A DNA stretch of 64,000 bases from NCBI RefSeq assembly GCF_030028105.1, contig NC_092383.1, positions 86,509,921 to 86,573,920 on the forward strand. Direction: 5' to 3'. The position numbers were made by a program, and so were the translations under genes. Each line of letters starts with the position of its first letter. Position 1 is the stretch's first letter. Origin of the DNA: Mobula birostris (Eukaryota). Below the pieces are notes generated by a model. It was not told where the DNA came from and did no database searches. It saw nothing but the letters and a program-made list of their open reading frames with translations. This document shows, one piece after another, positions 1 to 12,607 of the stretch.

Positions 1-2924
1 ATGAGCTTCAACTGCTATGCTTAAATTTTTAAATAATTGGGGAAGAGAAATTTTTCTTTGATCTCAGGCTTGACGCATGTTCAAGAAAATCAGGAATGCT
101 CAGTTTCCAAGATATGAGTTTGTTGAAGTTAATCATGTCAAATATGATAAACACTAGTTGAAGAGAAACAGATTTCTCTCCCAACTGGCTCTACTTGGAA
201 GCAGTAGCAGTGAAACCACCCGCAGCGAAAACCTTATACTTTACATTTGGGCTGGAGTAGTTTCTTACCTTTGTGCGGTTGTCATCAATTCTGTCACAGT
301 ATTTTCACAGAAATCAATTCTCCCTGTTAAAAGAAAATAAAATAAAATTTCAGCTGCTTTGTACTTGCAAGAACAAGAGAGCACAGTTATTAGACCAATA
401 GGTACTTGAACATGGTGGACCAAAGGTGATCTATTACCTGATGCACATTTAAAGATTAAAGATGAGCTTTATTTGTCGCATGTACATCTGATCATACAGT
501 GAAATGTATCGTTTACAACAGTTACCAACAGAGTTTGTGCTGGGGGCAGCCTGCAAGGGTTCCATGCTTCTCGCACCAAAATGGCTTCCATAGGACTTAC
601 TCATCCTAACCTGTGCATTTCTGGAACGTGGGAGGAAACTGCGGCCCCAGAGGAAATCCTCGCAGTCACTGGGAGAACATACAAACAACTTGCAAACAGT
701 GGTGGCAATTGGACCCTGATCGCCGATCGCTGGTGCTGTAATAGTGTTACAGTTAATTGCTGTGCTCCTGTGCAGCCAATTACATTTACTGGCAGTTTGG
801 ATACAGGGAGATAATCCAACAGGATAATGCAGGAGGTTTTCTCAATGAAAAAGCAAGGTCTTTTGTTTCTCACATCTCTTGATGTCTCTACCTCTGAGAA
901 AAATAACTCAATCTTTCTTGAATACTGGTTCACCACATTCTGGGAGAAGAAATCTTTCCTAATCCCAGTCTTAAATGTCTCACCCTTCAGATAATTTCTA
1001 AGATTCCAAGCTTACTTACTTACTGTCCGTTACACCACTGGTGTTTAGGGCAGCAATGAAGGTGTCCTATCTCTGGCAGTGTTCGGGGCTTCCTTCATTG
1101 TGTCAGTTGGTTCCTCTCGGTTTTCACTGCTGTCAGTCATGCAAGTCCCAGGTAGAGACTGAGCAATACCGTCAAACTCTGATGGAGAGGAATTTTTCAT
1201 TTCTGTTTCCATGACAATTTTGTTGAACCAATCAGGCTTGTCAGTCCTGAGTGAACCCCCCGAACGTGGAGGATTGGGGGACCACTCTAAGTCTGGCCCC
1301 TACCCTCTGACCTGTTCGGCATGGGTGACCCGATGAACTGCCAAAGCATAAAGCCCTCACTCCAGCCAACGTAGCTCTCTGCGTCATTGAGGCATGCAAA
1401 CCTCCAAATCTAACGACAAATTTGTGGTTCTCTTGGAGGTAAGTCTCATTAGACTATCCTGTATTCCCTGGCATTTGAAGCATCCTACCTGCATCTGTAT
1501 CACCCTGCTAAAATATTGCTCATTTCTATGTGATCACCTCTCAGCCTACTGAACTCCATCAAATAAAAACCAATTACATTTGCTCTCTGATCTTGTGTCA
1601 CTTGTGGCATTCCAGAAATCAGTCTGCTGATCCTTTGCTTGCCTTCTTCCTTAACAAGAACATCTTTCATTGAACCAAATCTGCTGACAATGCTGGTGGC
1701 CCAAGACTGAGGCTCGAGTCAATGTCTGATCGATTTAAGCTTCAGGCCAGAAAGGAAAGATCGGGTATGGGCCAAATCGAGGCGGTGAGTCCTGCGTACA
1801 AGAGCGTGTCAAAGCAGCAAGAACCCCTACCATCCAAGCTATGCTGTCTTCTTGCTGCTGTCAGTACGAAGGAGTTGCAGGGGGCTTAGATCCCATATTA
1901 CCAGGTTCAGGACCAATTATTATCTGCAACCTGTAGGCTCCTGAAACATCATGGATAAATTCACTCACCAACACTGAACTGATTCTGCAACCGATGGACT
2001 CACTTTCAAGGATTCTACAGTTCATCTTCTCAGTATTTATTTGTTTATCTCCTTCACCTTTCCCCTTTCCCTCTCTCACCATTCTCCTAACCTGCCCATG
2101 ACCTCCCCCTGGCGAGCCTCCACTTTCCCTGCTTTCCATGGCCTTCTGTCCCCTATCAGATTTCCCCTCCTCCAGCCCTTTATCGCTTTCACCAATTGAC
2201 TTTCCAGCTCTTTACTTCAACCCTCCCACTCTCTCAATTTCACCTTGTACTTCTCCATCTCCTCCCACCGACTTTCTTACGTTGACTTCTAATCTCCTTT
2301 CCTTTCCAGTCCTGATGAAGGGTCTCAGCCCGAAACGATGACTGATGACTCTTTTCAATAGGTGTTCCCTGGCCTTCTGAGTACCTCCAGCAATTTGTGT
2401 GTAGTGCTTTGCTTTCCAGCATCTGCAGGTATTCTCTTGTTAATTATTTATCTATTATTTGTTTCTTTTGTATTTGCACAATTTGTCTTATTTTGCACAT
2501 TGATTGTTTGACATTTTTGATTGTGTGTAGTTTTACATTGAGTCTGTTGTATTCATTTGTATCTACTGTGAATGCCTGCAAGAAAATGGATCTCGGGGTA
2601 GTATATGGTGACAAAAACTTAATTTTCTTTCAACTTTGAAGTGATTTATCTTGGAAGGACTATCTTAATGAATGGCCAGAAATATTACCAGATGAGATAC
2701 ATTCACACCCAGCCAGCGAGAGTCAGATCAGAGACAGGAGACCCTGTGCTGAGAGACTCACATTTAAACGGCTGTGCCGAAAAGCTTCTCATTCTCTGAA
2801 ACGTGGTGACAACATACACTTAATGCTCCTGTGTGAAGTTCCAACAACACAATATCCAGCACACATCAGTCATTCAGTTGTACTCCATTGACCATCATAA
2901 AGAATCAAACCCTCCAGCACTTAC

Positions 2925-3245
2925 CCATGCTGTTGACTTCAATCATATTTCTGCAGCTGCTGACACTGTTGGACATGGACACACTGACCACTTCACTGGA
3001 CTTCTCTCCATTAATATTTGAGGCTTTGCAATAATACAGATAATTTTTGTATTTTATGGATTGGCAATGTAGATCAAGTTTATTTGTGTCAGAGATCTTT
3101 GAATCCTCAGATGGCGTCTTTTCATACCATGAGTACTGAATGGGAAGGGATCCATGGACAGACTCACAGGACACTGACACGGAGTCCCCACAATTTGAGC
3201 CATTTGTTTGTGGTGAAAATCGAAGCAAAGGAAGAGACACAGGTT
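2925..3245 (-). CDS. Gene A exon: C2-type Ig domain (C2b class), MDIR/FcR-like
   Basis: Acceptor ttctgttccacag|AACCT, donor ATGG|GTAAGT; 321 nt, phase 1-1, open: EPVSLPLL...VSVSCESVHGSLPIQYSWYEK...LDLHCQS...YYCKASN. Paralogous to 62448-62768. Confidence 0.9.
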
Positions 3246-3840
3246 CTGTGGAACAGAATTAGTGAACATCTGAAAATCAAACACAAAGATTTCAGCAGTT
3301 CTGTATCTCAACCAGGAGCCACCAGTTTGGAATCTCAGCAGCTCATCTACTCCACTGTGTCTCGTCATCCTCACAGCTGCCAGAACGTACATGTCTGTCA
3401 GTACCTCCAAAAACAGCAGGACTCCTCATCAGATCAACAGTGGTGACACAGAGTATGTGTCAGTATGAAATTCAGGGCTTCAGTCTCTCTCAGCAGTGGG
3501 GAAACAGTCTAAAGTGAGACCAAACAGTTTGACTCTGGAATAGCAGCATTTGTGGATGTTCTGGAAAACTCTCCATAGGTTGAAAGCAGGAAATTGTCAG
3601 ATACATACAAAATGAATGGTGACTTCATTTTGTGAAGTCAGAAAGAGATGAGTTATACAGCTCTCGTTACATGCACGTGCAGTTCAACTCTTTGAGTGAT
3701 AATGCATTATGCAGAAAGTTTAAAGTTAATAACTCATCTCCTTCTACTTTAGGCCACGAACGTATCAATCACCTCTGATGTGGACCACTTTCTGGAAGTC
3801 CAAAATGCCGGCTTCTACAAAGAATGGATCTGTATGCTCC

Positions 3841-4483
3841 ATGACTCTTTAGATGCTGGATTAGTTCCTGAGGATTGGAGGGTGGCATGTAACCCCACTT
3901 TTTAAGAAAGGAGTGAGAGAGAAACTGGGGAATTATAGAATGGTAAGCCTGACATCGGTGGTGGGGAAAATGCTAGAGTCAGTTATCAAAGGTGTGATAA
4001 CAGCACACTTGGAAAGCGGTGAAATCATCGGACAGAGTCAGCATGGATTTGTGAAAGGAAAATCATGTCTGACGAATCTCAGAATTTTTTGAGGATGTAA
4101 CTAGTAGAGTGGGTAGAGGATAACCAGTGGATGTGGTATATTTGGATTTTCAAAAGGCTTTTGACAAGGTCCCTCACAGGAGATTAGTGTGCAAACTTAA
4201 AGCATACGGTATTGGTGGTATGCTATTGATGTGGATAGAAAATTGGTTGGCAGACAGGAAGCAAAGAGTGGGAATAAATGGGACCTTTTCAGAATGGCAA
4301 GCAGTGACTAGTGGGGTACCGCAAGACTCAGTGCTGGGACCCCAGTTGTTTACAATATATATAAATGACTTAGACAAGGGAATTAAATGCAGCATCTCCA
4401 AGTTTGCGGATGACACGAGGCTGGGCGGCAGTGTTAGCTGTGAGGAGCATGCTAAGAGGATGCAGGGTGACTTGGATAGGTTA
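3841..4483 (+). mobile_element. CR1 LINE RT fragment (young family)
   Basis: [12 protein letters not shown]...FADD; close to the 38476-41696 element; absent from the paralogous intron near 63.2 kb. Confidence 0.9.
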
Positions 4484-5489
4484 GAAGCGGGCAATTCAGA
4501 AGTTTTCCAGATGTTCCTCTGTACTCTCATGTCCGTCTCAATCAAATCAGAATTGTGCACGGTCCCCTACTTAACAGATAACAGACATCACCATCGAAGT
4601 GGTTGTGCGTGCTGCTGTCGCGCCGCCATCTTATCCTTCTCATTAGTAAAGGCTTCATCTCCCTCTGGCTGAAGAAGTTCCTCCTCATGTCTCTTTTAAA
4701 GGGACATCTTTCCATTCTGAGTCTGTGCTTTCTGGTCCTAGATGCCCACACTGTAGGGAACCTCTCTTCACATCCACTGGGGTTTGCAATGCTCGATAGC
4801 TTTCAATAAAATCCACCCTCATTCTTCTAAACTCCAGCACGCACAGGCCCAGAGCCTTCAAATGATGTTCATACATTCAGGGAGTTTAACATCACCTGGA
4901 ATTTAACAGATGGATCCCTTTAGAATTGATATACCGAGAGTTCTTGGGAAACAAGTCCATTGCTCCCTGAAAGTGGCAACACAAGTGGACATAATGGTAA
5001 TGAAAGCATTCAGCACCTTTGCCTTCTTTACTCTACATGTTGGAGGGTGAAGCTGACTGGGCATCTTGTAGCTTCATAAAACACTGATTAGGTCACATTA
5101 GGAACATAATATGTATTTCTGGTTGCAACACTATAGGAAGGATGTTGTCATTTATCAGCCTATTTTTCAATCTATTGTAGATCTCTCTGCAAGCCATGAT
5201 TGCCCCCCTGACTGTGCAATACACACACAATCTTGGTGTCATCTGCAAATTTGCTGATTCATTTTACCATATTATCATCCGGATCACTGATACAGATGCA
5301 AACAACAACAGACCCAGCACCAATCCCTGCGCTAAGCATCATTGTTGCTAAATATATTTTAATTATGTTTGCCAGCGCCCCAGTAATTTCTGTACTTGCC
5401 TCCCGTGAGGTCCGAGATAACACGTTAGCAGGCCTTGGGGATATATTCACACTGATTTGCCTCAGGAAAGCAAACACCTCCTCCTTTAA

Positions 5490-8400
5490 CAGGGTGACGT
5501 CTCATAGAGTTCAGAAGCAGGAAAATATACTGAGCCTTCCACTGGAAACCAGTATCCCAACAGTGGATCAGAACTCACAGTGGATGAGAGTATTATGAGC
5601 GAGGTCTCCCCATCTTTGCACACTCGCCACAGGGTTCTGCACTGCTGTGGAGCCTCCGGATATTCCTGCTGCCCTGACTCTTCCCAGAGAAAAACTGAAT
5701 CAGACATTTCGGTGGAGACAACAAATCAATCAATGAGAAACCTACCATCAGATACTTGGAGATGCACATCAAACACTGGATCATTGCCAAAGGTTGTAAT
5801 TCCACATCTGTAAGGTCCTGTATCATTAGAGACAAGATTCTCCATAGTAACAGTAAATATTCCTAGGGATGTGTTATCTCTGATTGTCATTCTTCCATAC
5901 TGCTCATTTGTCCCATTTGTATTCACTAACGATGTGCATTGGCGACCCCACATGCGGCACAAATACTTTGTGTGTGAACGGTACATTGCTGCATAGTGAC
6001 AATCGATTGTGACCGCTCTTCCCACAACTCCTCTTCCTTCATCTTCTGTCCATAAAGCACCTGAAACTGAGGGAGAAAATCTTCAGAAAATGGACAGGTA
6101 AAATCAAATTTACACAAGCAGGCTCAAGTTTCAAGATTATTTAATGTCATTTCCTGTACAAACGTGTAAACTGGAATTAAATCGTTGTTATGCTGGATCT
6201 AAATGCAGCAGAAAAAAACACAAAAGATAATGAATACAATTAAAATAGCTAAAGATGTTTTATTTACAACTGACACTGTGTTACAAGGAATCTGCCACAG
6301 TGTCAATTGATATAAATAAATTCCTCACAGACAGAGAAGACAATAACATCGTCCCTCCTCACGTGCTCCCAGCTCTTCACAAGTAGCAATTTTTATTTGA
6401 TTGGAGTCATCATTGTCACTGCCCACTAATGTCTCAGTGTGTTTCCATATTTCTGAGTCAATAGATTACTGATCCAGTCCCACTCCTGGCAGGTGAGCCC
6501 AAGATCAGTGGGGGGTAACTTACTGGAGGCAGGATCGACCTGAATTTGCAAAGGCAAGATCTGATTTGGGATAGTCAACATGATCTTGTGCATTGGAAAT
6601 CCTCCCCCAAAACTATTTGACTGAGTTTTTTTTGAGAGACGATGAAAGGACAGGACCTTAGAGATTAGCAATTTTTGTTTAGCAAGGTTTATGACCATAC
6701 CTTGCATAGCAGACTGATCTGTAATGTGAGATCACATGGTAAGCTACCTGGATGGATATTGAATAGGCTTGGTGGAAGGATACAGACTGTGGTAGTGGAG
6801 TGTTGGTTTTCTGACAACATCAGACTTTATCACCAGCAATGTGCCATCAGGATCGTTGCTGTTATTTGTTAACCACTCTTATTGTCATCAATATTAATAA
6901 TCTGGAATGAAACTGTAGGTGGCATGATTAATAAGTTATGGGTGAGACAGCAGTGTGGTAGACAGTGGCAAGAGTTGTGTAAGTTTACACGAGGATCTTG
7001 AAAATGAGCCGGTGTTCAGCCCCATTATTCTGTGCCAGCAAGCTGCCCCCTCCCCACCTGCGCCTGTATTGTCTGCTTGCATTTGACCCGTCTCCCTCTC
7101 TTCTCGGTCCAACTATCAGGTGGAAGGTGCAGGAGCCTTGGGGCCCACACCACAGGGTTCGTCAACAGTTGTTGTCCTGCAGCTATCAGGCTCCTGGATT
7201 GGTTTCACTCGCCTCAGCACTGAACTGACTCCGCAGCTGTGGACTCACTTTCAGAGACTCTGCCTCTCATGTTCTATGTATTATTTGTTTACATAGTTTT
7301 ATTATTTGCACGATTCATCATCGCTTGCACATTGATTTTTTGTCAGTCTTTGTTGTGTGTGGTTTTACATGGATTCTATTGTGTTACTTTGTTTTGTGGG
7401 CAAAGGTATGGTGGATAATCACAGTCTTTATCCCAGGGTGGGGGAGTTGAAAACTAGAGACCCTCGGCTTAAGGAGTGAGGGAAAATTCTTAGAGAGCCC
7501 GGAGCAGCCGTGTTTTACACACACAGCCGTGTGTGCATGGAAAAGGCTGTCAGAGGAAGTACTAGAGATGGTTACAAATACACTATTTAAAATACATTTG
7601 GACAAGTTCATATATAGGCAAGTTTTAGAAGGATACGAGACAAATGCAGTGAAATGGGAGAAGCTCAGGAAGACACTGTGGTCAGCACAGATGATTTGGG
7701 GTGAAACTCCTGCGTCCATAACCTATAACTCCCTGACTCTGCAGCATCCTCTCTAAACTGGAACATGCTTTTAAAAGGATAAATTCAGAATTCTATTTCA
7801 TTGCATAGATGTGACAGCTCATGGGATCACAGCCTATCAGATTGCACTTCAATCTCAACAATCAAAGTTCAAAGTATACTTATTATCAAAGAATCTATAC
7901 TATATACAACCTTGAGATTCACCTCCTTCCAGGCAATCACAAAAAAATAGAACATCCCAATATACAGAAAAAAGAGCAAATCAAAGTAAGCAAATAACAT
8001 TTGGAACTGAAATTCACAAAACTGAGGCCACAGCCAAGAAGCCAGTCATCACTGTAGTCAATTCATGAGGCCATTAATTGCCAACCACAGCCTCAGTTCA
8101 GCGTAAAGACACGTAAACCTTCTGTGCAGCAAGCTGAACACCAGCCCATCCCTCGCCTTGGACTGACATTCCTTTAGTGATTAAAAGGGAATTGAAGGTT
8201 TATTATCCTTGTTGTAATCATGAAATGCAGCAGCCTTGTTCATAGAAGGAATGGATTTCCTTCTCATGTCTCAAAGCGAGTGAGGTTTTTTATTTAACAT
8301 ACAAAAACCCAATTTCAGCGGTTAGTAATTTACCTGGGATGCTCAGACATTCAAAAGCTAGAGACGACCAAAGACAATGAGACCATTAGACATAGGAGGA

Positions 8401-8900
8401 GAATTAGGCCATTTGGCCTATACAGTCTGCTCCACTATTCCATCAAGGCTGACTTATTATCCCACTCAATTCCATCCTTGGCATTTCTCCCCATAATCTT
8501 TTGATGCCTTTCCTAAACAAGAAACTATTAAGTACGCTTTAAATATACTCAATGTCTTGGCCTCAAAAGCCATGTATGGTATTGAATTCCACAGATTCAA
8601 CACCCTCTGGCTACAGAAATTCCTCCTCATCTCTGTTCTAATGTACGGAGTCTGCACATCCTCCATGTGGAATGTATGGGGTCTCCCCGAGTGGTCCTGT
8701 TTCCTCCCACAGTCCAAAGACATACTCATTAGGATAACTGCTCTTTGCAGGTTGCCCTGTGATTATGTTACAGTTAATTGGGTTTGTCGAGAGTTCGATC
8801 GGTGTTGTGACCCAAAGGGCTGGAAGGGCCTATTCTGTACTCTATCGGTAAATAAATAAAATAAAGGGATGCCCTTGCATTCTGAGGCTGATTTTTCAGG
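5490..8900 (+). repeat. Segmental duplication, paralog of about 55372-58450
   Basis: Colinear match across the Vb exon and both flanking introns. Confidence 0.85.
5746..6060 (-). CDS. Gene A exon: V-type Ig domain (Vb class), CD300/pIgR-like
   Basis: Acceptor ccctcagtttcag|GTGCT, donor GATG|GTAGGT; 315 nt, phase 1-1, open: VTIDCHY...HTKYLCRMWGRQC...FTVTMENL...DTGPYRCG. Four Cys, including the C-C' pair typical of the CD300/pIgR family. Confidence 0.92.
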
Positions 8901-9635
8901 ATGATTTCCCCATAAGGAAACCACTTTTGATCATATACCTCCAAGTACCCCAAAATCCTGTTCTTAATAATAGACTCCCACATCTTCACAACCACTAAAG
9001 TCAGGCTAACTGGTTGACAATTTCCTTCCTTTCGCCTCCCTCCTTTCTTAAAGAGTGTGGTGATACTTCCAATTTTCCAATCCTTTGAACATTCCAGTCT
9101 AATTATTCTTGAAAGATCACCACTAATGCCTTCATGATTTCTTTAAATAACTCTTTCAGAAACTTGGGATGTAGTACATCTGGTCCAAATGACTCATCTA
9201 CTTTCAGATCCCTCAGCTTCTCAAGCACGTTTTGCTTAGTAATAGCAACAACACTCATCTCTGCCCCTGCCATTGCCAAATTTCTGTCATTCCCACTAAT
9301 ATTTGCAATATTATAAGTCCTTCCTTTTGCTTTTATGAGAATCAGAAGTCGATACCAGTCTGGACTTTTCAATGTAAAGCCAGAAGTATTAATGGAATGC
9401 TCTCAATTTGTCGAGATGCGCAAGTCCAACTATGTTTGAGATGCTCCATATCTTCCAGGAGCAAGTGACAGACTTAACTGTTCACTGCACTTTAGTTCTA
9501 CCCCATGGATGCTGCAATGTGCAGCTTCTACAAATGCAAAGAAATTCCTTACCCTCACTAGAGGTATAAGAGCAGCAGTAACAGAGTAATAAAAAGAAAT
9601 ATTTAAATGTATCCTCCCTTGAAATTAGAACTTAC

Positions 9636-9956
9636 CGCTGCCATTGATTTCTGTCACGTAACTGCAGATATCTCTGTTGTTGAAGACTGTCGCATTAACC
9701 ATTGCACTGGATCTCGCTCCAAGCCGATTTGAGGCACTGCAGTAATATTGCTGGTGTGTGTGCTTGAAGGATTGACAATGCAGAGTCAGTTCATTGGTAT
9801 CTGAGATCTTCGGATACCCAGATGAGGTTTGTTCATACCATCTGTATTGAATGGGATGGGATCCCTGGAAGGACTCACAGGAAAGTGACACTGAGCCCCC
9901 GAGACGTGAGACATTTGCTGGTGACAGATATCGAATCACAGGAACAGACACGAGTT
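9636..9956 (-). CDS. Gene A exon: C2-type Ig domain (C2a class)
   Basis: Acceptor tctttcccacag|AACTC, donor AGCG|GTAAGT; 321 nt, phase 1-1, open: VSVPVIRY...SVSLSCESFQGSHPIQYRWYE...YYCSASNRLG. Confidence 0.9.
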
Positions 9957-10019
9957 CTGTGGGAAAGAATTAAACATTCAGACACTGAATGAACATCTGA
10001 AAATCAGACACTCTTCTGT

Positions 10020-10560
10020 CACTTTATTACGTACAAATATTAACCTGATCATTAATACAAATATCTAATCAGTCAATCAGACGATCAGCAACTCAACTCA
10101 TCAAAGCATGCAGAAATATTCAAGAGTTTCAGTCAATGTTAGGCCAAAGTCAGAATGCGGAAGTATTGTGATCTAAGTACCTTTGAGCATGCAATTATTG
10201 CTGGTGCCAGACGGGGTAGTAAATATCTAAGGCACTACTATCCTCCTGGGATTTTCACACACAACTGTCTCTAGAGTTTAGTGAGAATGGTACGAACAAC
10301 ATGAAAAAACATCCAGAGAGCAGCAATTCTGTGAACAAAAGTGCTTTATTAATGAAAGAGGTCAGAGGAGAATGGCCAGACATGTTCATGCTGACAGAAA
10401 GGTGACGGGAATTCAAATAACCGTGGGTTATGACAGCGGTGTGCTGAAGAGCATCTGAAGGTACAACACGTCAAAGCTCGAAGTGGATGAGCCACAGAAG
10501 CAAGAGACCATGAACATCCACTCAGTGGCCACTCTGTTATGTTCAGGAGGTTTAAAGGCA
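10020..10560 (+). mobile_element. Tc1/mariner-like relic in the Va-C2a intron
   Basis: Degenerate transposase N-terminus-like sequence and actttattaggtac-type ends; orthologous copy in gene C (23170-23238 and 24334-24548). Confidence 0.5.
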
Positions 10561-10760
10561 GCAACTTGTGAGATATCTGTCACATGTTTGGAGGCTTTCA
10601 GGAGAGAATGAAATTGTAACTGGGTTCAGTGACCTGCCGTATAGAGGGAGACATTTGGTACTGATATTAATGCAGAGATAGTGAGGGATGGACAGTGTCT
10701 GGCAAATATCATGAGACTTTTATTTTATGGAAGGCACAAATCAATCACTGAGAAACCTAC

Positions 10761-11075
10761 CATCATTTACTGTTAGTTCTAAATTAAATCTTGTATCGAG
10801 ACCTGGTGTTGTAATTCCACAGCCGTACCATCCTGAATCTCCAGAGTGAAGATCTTCCATAGTAACAGTAAATATTCTCCGTTCCGGGTTATCTGTGATT
10901 GACACTCGTCCACTCCGTCTGTGCTGCTCATTTGTTTGCACTAAAACTGAACAATAGAGAGTCCATCCATGGCACCAATACTTTGTGTGTGAGCGGTACT
11001 TTTCTTCATAGTGACAATCGATTGTGATCGCTCTTCCCACAACTCCTCTTACAGATTTCTCTGCCCACAATGCAC
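10761..11075 (-). CDS. Gene A exon: V-type Ig domain (Va class), CD300/pIgR-like
   Basis: Acceptor ccctcagtttcag|GTGCA, donor GATG|GTAGGT; 315 nt, open: ALWAEKSVRGVVGRAITIDCHY...KYWCHGWTLYC...DSGWYGCG. Confidence 0.93.
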
Positions 11076-11507
11076 CTGAAACTGAGGGAGGCATTGTCAG
11101 ATGTGAGGGAAAGGAACAATTTAATACAACAATTATTTTTCAACATGACGGTAAAAGCAGGTGCAGGTCATGTACAGCATGTGGTCCATGACAACACAGC
11201 CAATGATTTTTGTGTGAAGTGCAGTCAGTGCTGTTACTGTGTCAGCCGTGTCAGTGATCTCTCTTCCCTGTGTCGGTACATTGTGGGTTCACTTCCCACT
11301 CCAGAATCCTGAGCAGAAACCCAGGGCTGATCTTCCAGTGCACTGCTGGGGGAGAGCCGTAGTGTAGCCAGAGGGTGTTGACTCTATGGAATTCAATACC
11401 ATACACAGCTTTTGAGGCCATGAAAGTGTTCAACTTTCAGTTGCTTCAGAATATGTCAGCCTTTGAAATGTCCACAGAGCTTCCAGCTATTTCATAAGAT
11501 GCTCCCA

Positions 11508-11511
<4 letters not shown>

Positions 11512-11569
<58 letters not shown>
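11512..11569. repeat. (TG)n microsatellite, about 29 units, in intron 1 of gene A
   Basis: Direct reading. Confidence 0.97.
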
Positions 11570-11572
<3 letters not shown>

Positions 11573-12465
11573 CTGTGTGTGTTCAGACAAGGTTCTGAAG
11601 CAATTTGTAAATATTGTACCTATCAAGTATTTCTATGTGTAGTTAGAAGGTGGCGCAACAGTGGTCATTAGTGCTTCTGTGTCTAGAAACTCAGGTGAGA
11701 TTTCAATAACTGTTGAGATACTTTGAGTATGAAAATCCAATTTATTATTTCTGGTATTTAAAAAACAAGTATCAATAATAATAATGATGAACTGTCAGAT
11801 TGTAAAGATCCCATCTAGATTGGAAAGACTTTTAGGGAGAGAAATTTCTTATCCCTACCACCCTGGTTTACCTTTGACTCCAGATCTAGTAACGTTCTAT
11901 GCTAACTGCACCACTGAAGTGGCCCAGGAAGGACTCTGATTTCAAGACAATAACGTCAAATGTCGCAGTGATCCCTGCAGAGAGAGAACAGATCCCAGCA
12001 ATGGTAGATCTGATGTTCTCGCTTAACAGGTTGCAGTAGATTTCTCCAGCTGGACATATTCTCCCCAAACCTGGCTCTACACAATTCTTCTTTTCTCCTT
12101 ATCTGCTTCCACCTCTCACCCACCTCCAAACACCATCCCTTTTCCACCCCATTCCATTTGCCTGTTGTGCTTCACTATTCCTCAGCCCCGACTAACTTGA
12201 GGACCCAGTTTCACACTTCCCCCTCTCCTATTTAACCCTCTCCCGCTCTACTCACACATGAGGCAGGGTCTCGACCCGAACCATTGACATTTCCTCTGCC
12301 CCTGACAGAAGCTGCTTGACCCATTGAGTTTCTCCATGAGTGAACTCTGAGCTCCAGTTTCCGACAGCTTTAGTGTCTACGGGTATCAAGCATTCTTGTG
12401 GAAACGTTGTACGACCCCCAATCCAACACTGATTATGCAGTTGTCCAGTGCTGTCTGTAACTCAC

Positions 12466-12505
12466 CAGGTAGGAAACCAGTCAGAAGGATCAACGTCCAC
12501 AGCAT
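12466..12505 (-). CDS. Gene A leader (signal peptide) exon
   Basis: ATG at 12505, MLWTLILLTGFLP+G, donor CCTG|GTGAGT, phase 1; completes in frame with ALWA of the Va exon. Paralogs at 21471 and 25922. Confidence 0.88.
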
Positions 12506-12564
12506 TTTATTCACGGAGACACAAGCAGGACCTGTCTGTCCTCAGAGAGAAATGACTGAAATAA

Positions 12565-12607
12565 AATAAGGAAGAAGTCAGTCGGAAGTTTGATCAAAAA
12601 AACTACA
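12565..12607 (-). promoter_or_regulatory. Putative proximal promoter of gene A (ETS-like GGAA motifs)
   Basis: cggaagt at 12583-12589 and ataaggaag 60-85 nt upstream of the ATG; block conserved upstream of leaders B and C. Confidence 0.45.

Larger units (their letters stand above)
1..5160 (+). repeat. Segmental duplication, paralog of about 60323-63600
   Basis: Colinear match by eye, e.g. gatctcaggcttgacgcatgt at both starts; shared C2b exon and shared embedded repeats. Confidence 0.88.

Noticed and set aside
3018-3446. Plus-strand ORFs recurring at 53149-53514 and 62622-62936
   Set aside because: Antisense to the C2 exons; similarity is explained by paralogy, and lengths and ends are inconsistent.
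3290-3460. Conserved block before C2b/C2c exons (also about 53335-53470 and 62815-63000) as a hidden or decayed exon
   Set aside because: No shared reading frame or splice-site pair across copies; duplication alone explains it.
5700-11100. Rearranging antigen-receptor V segments
   Set aside because: Each V exon includes its own G strand and a splice donor; no heptamer-spacer-nonamer signal was found at the 3' ends.
11512-11569. (TG)n as a regulatory Z-DNA switch
   Set aside because: Absent from the paralogous intron of gene C and nothing beyond sequence composition supports function.
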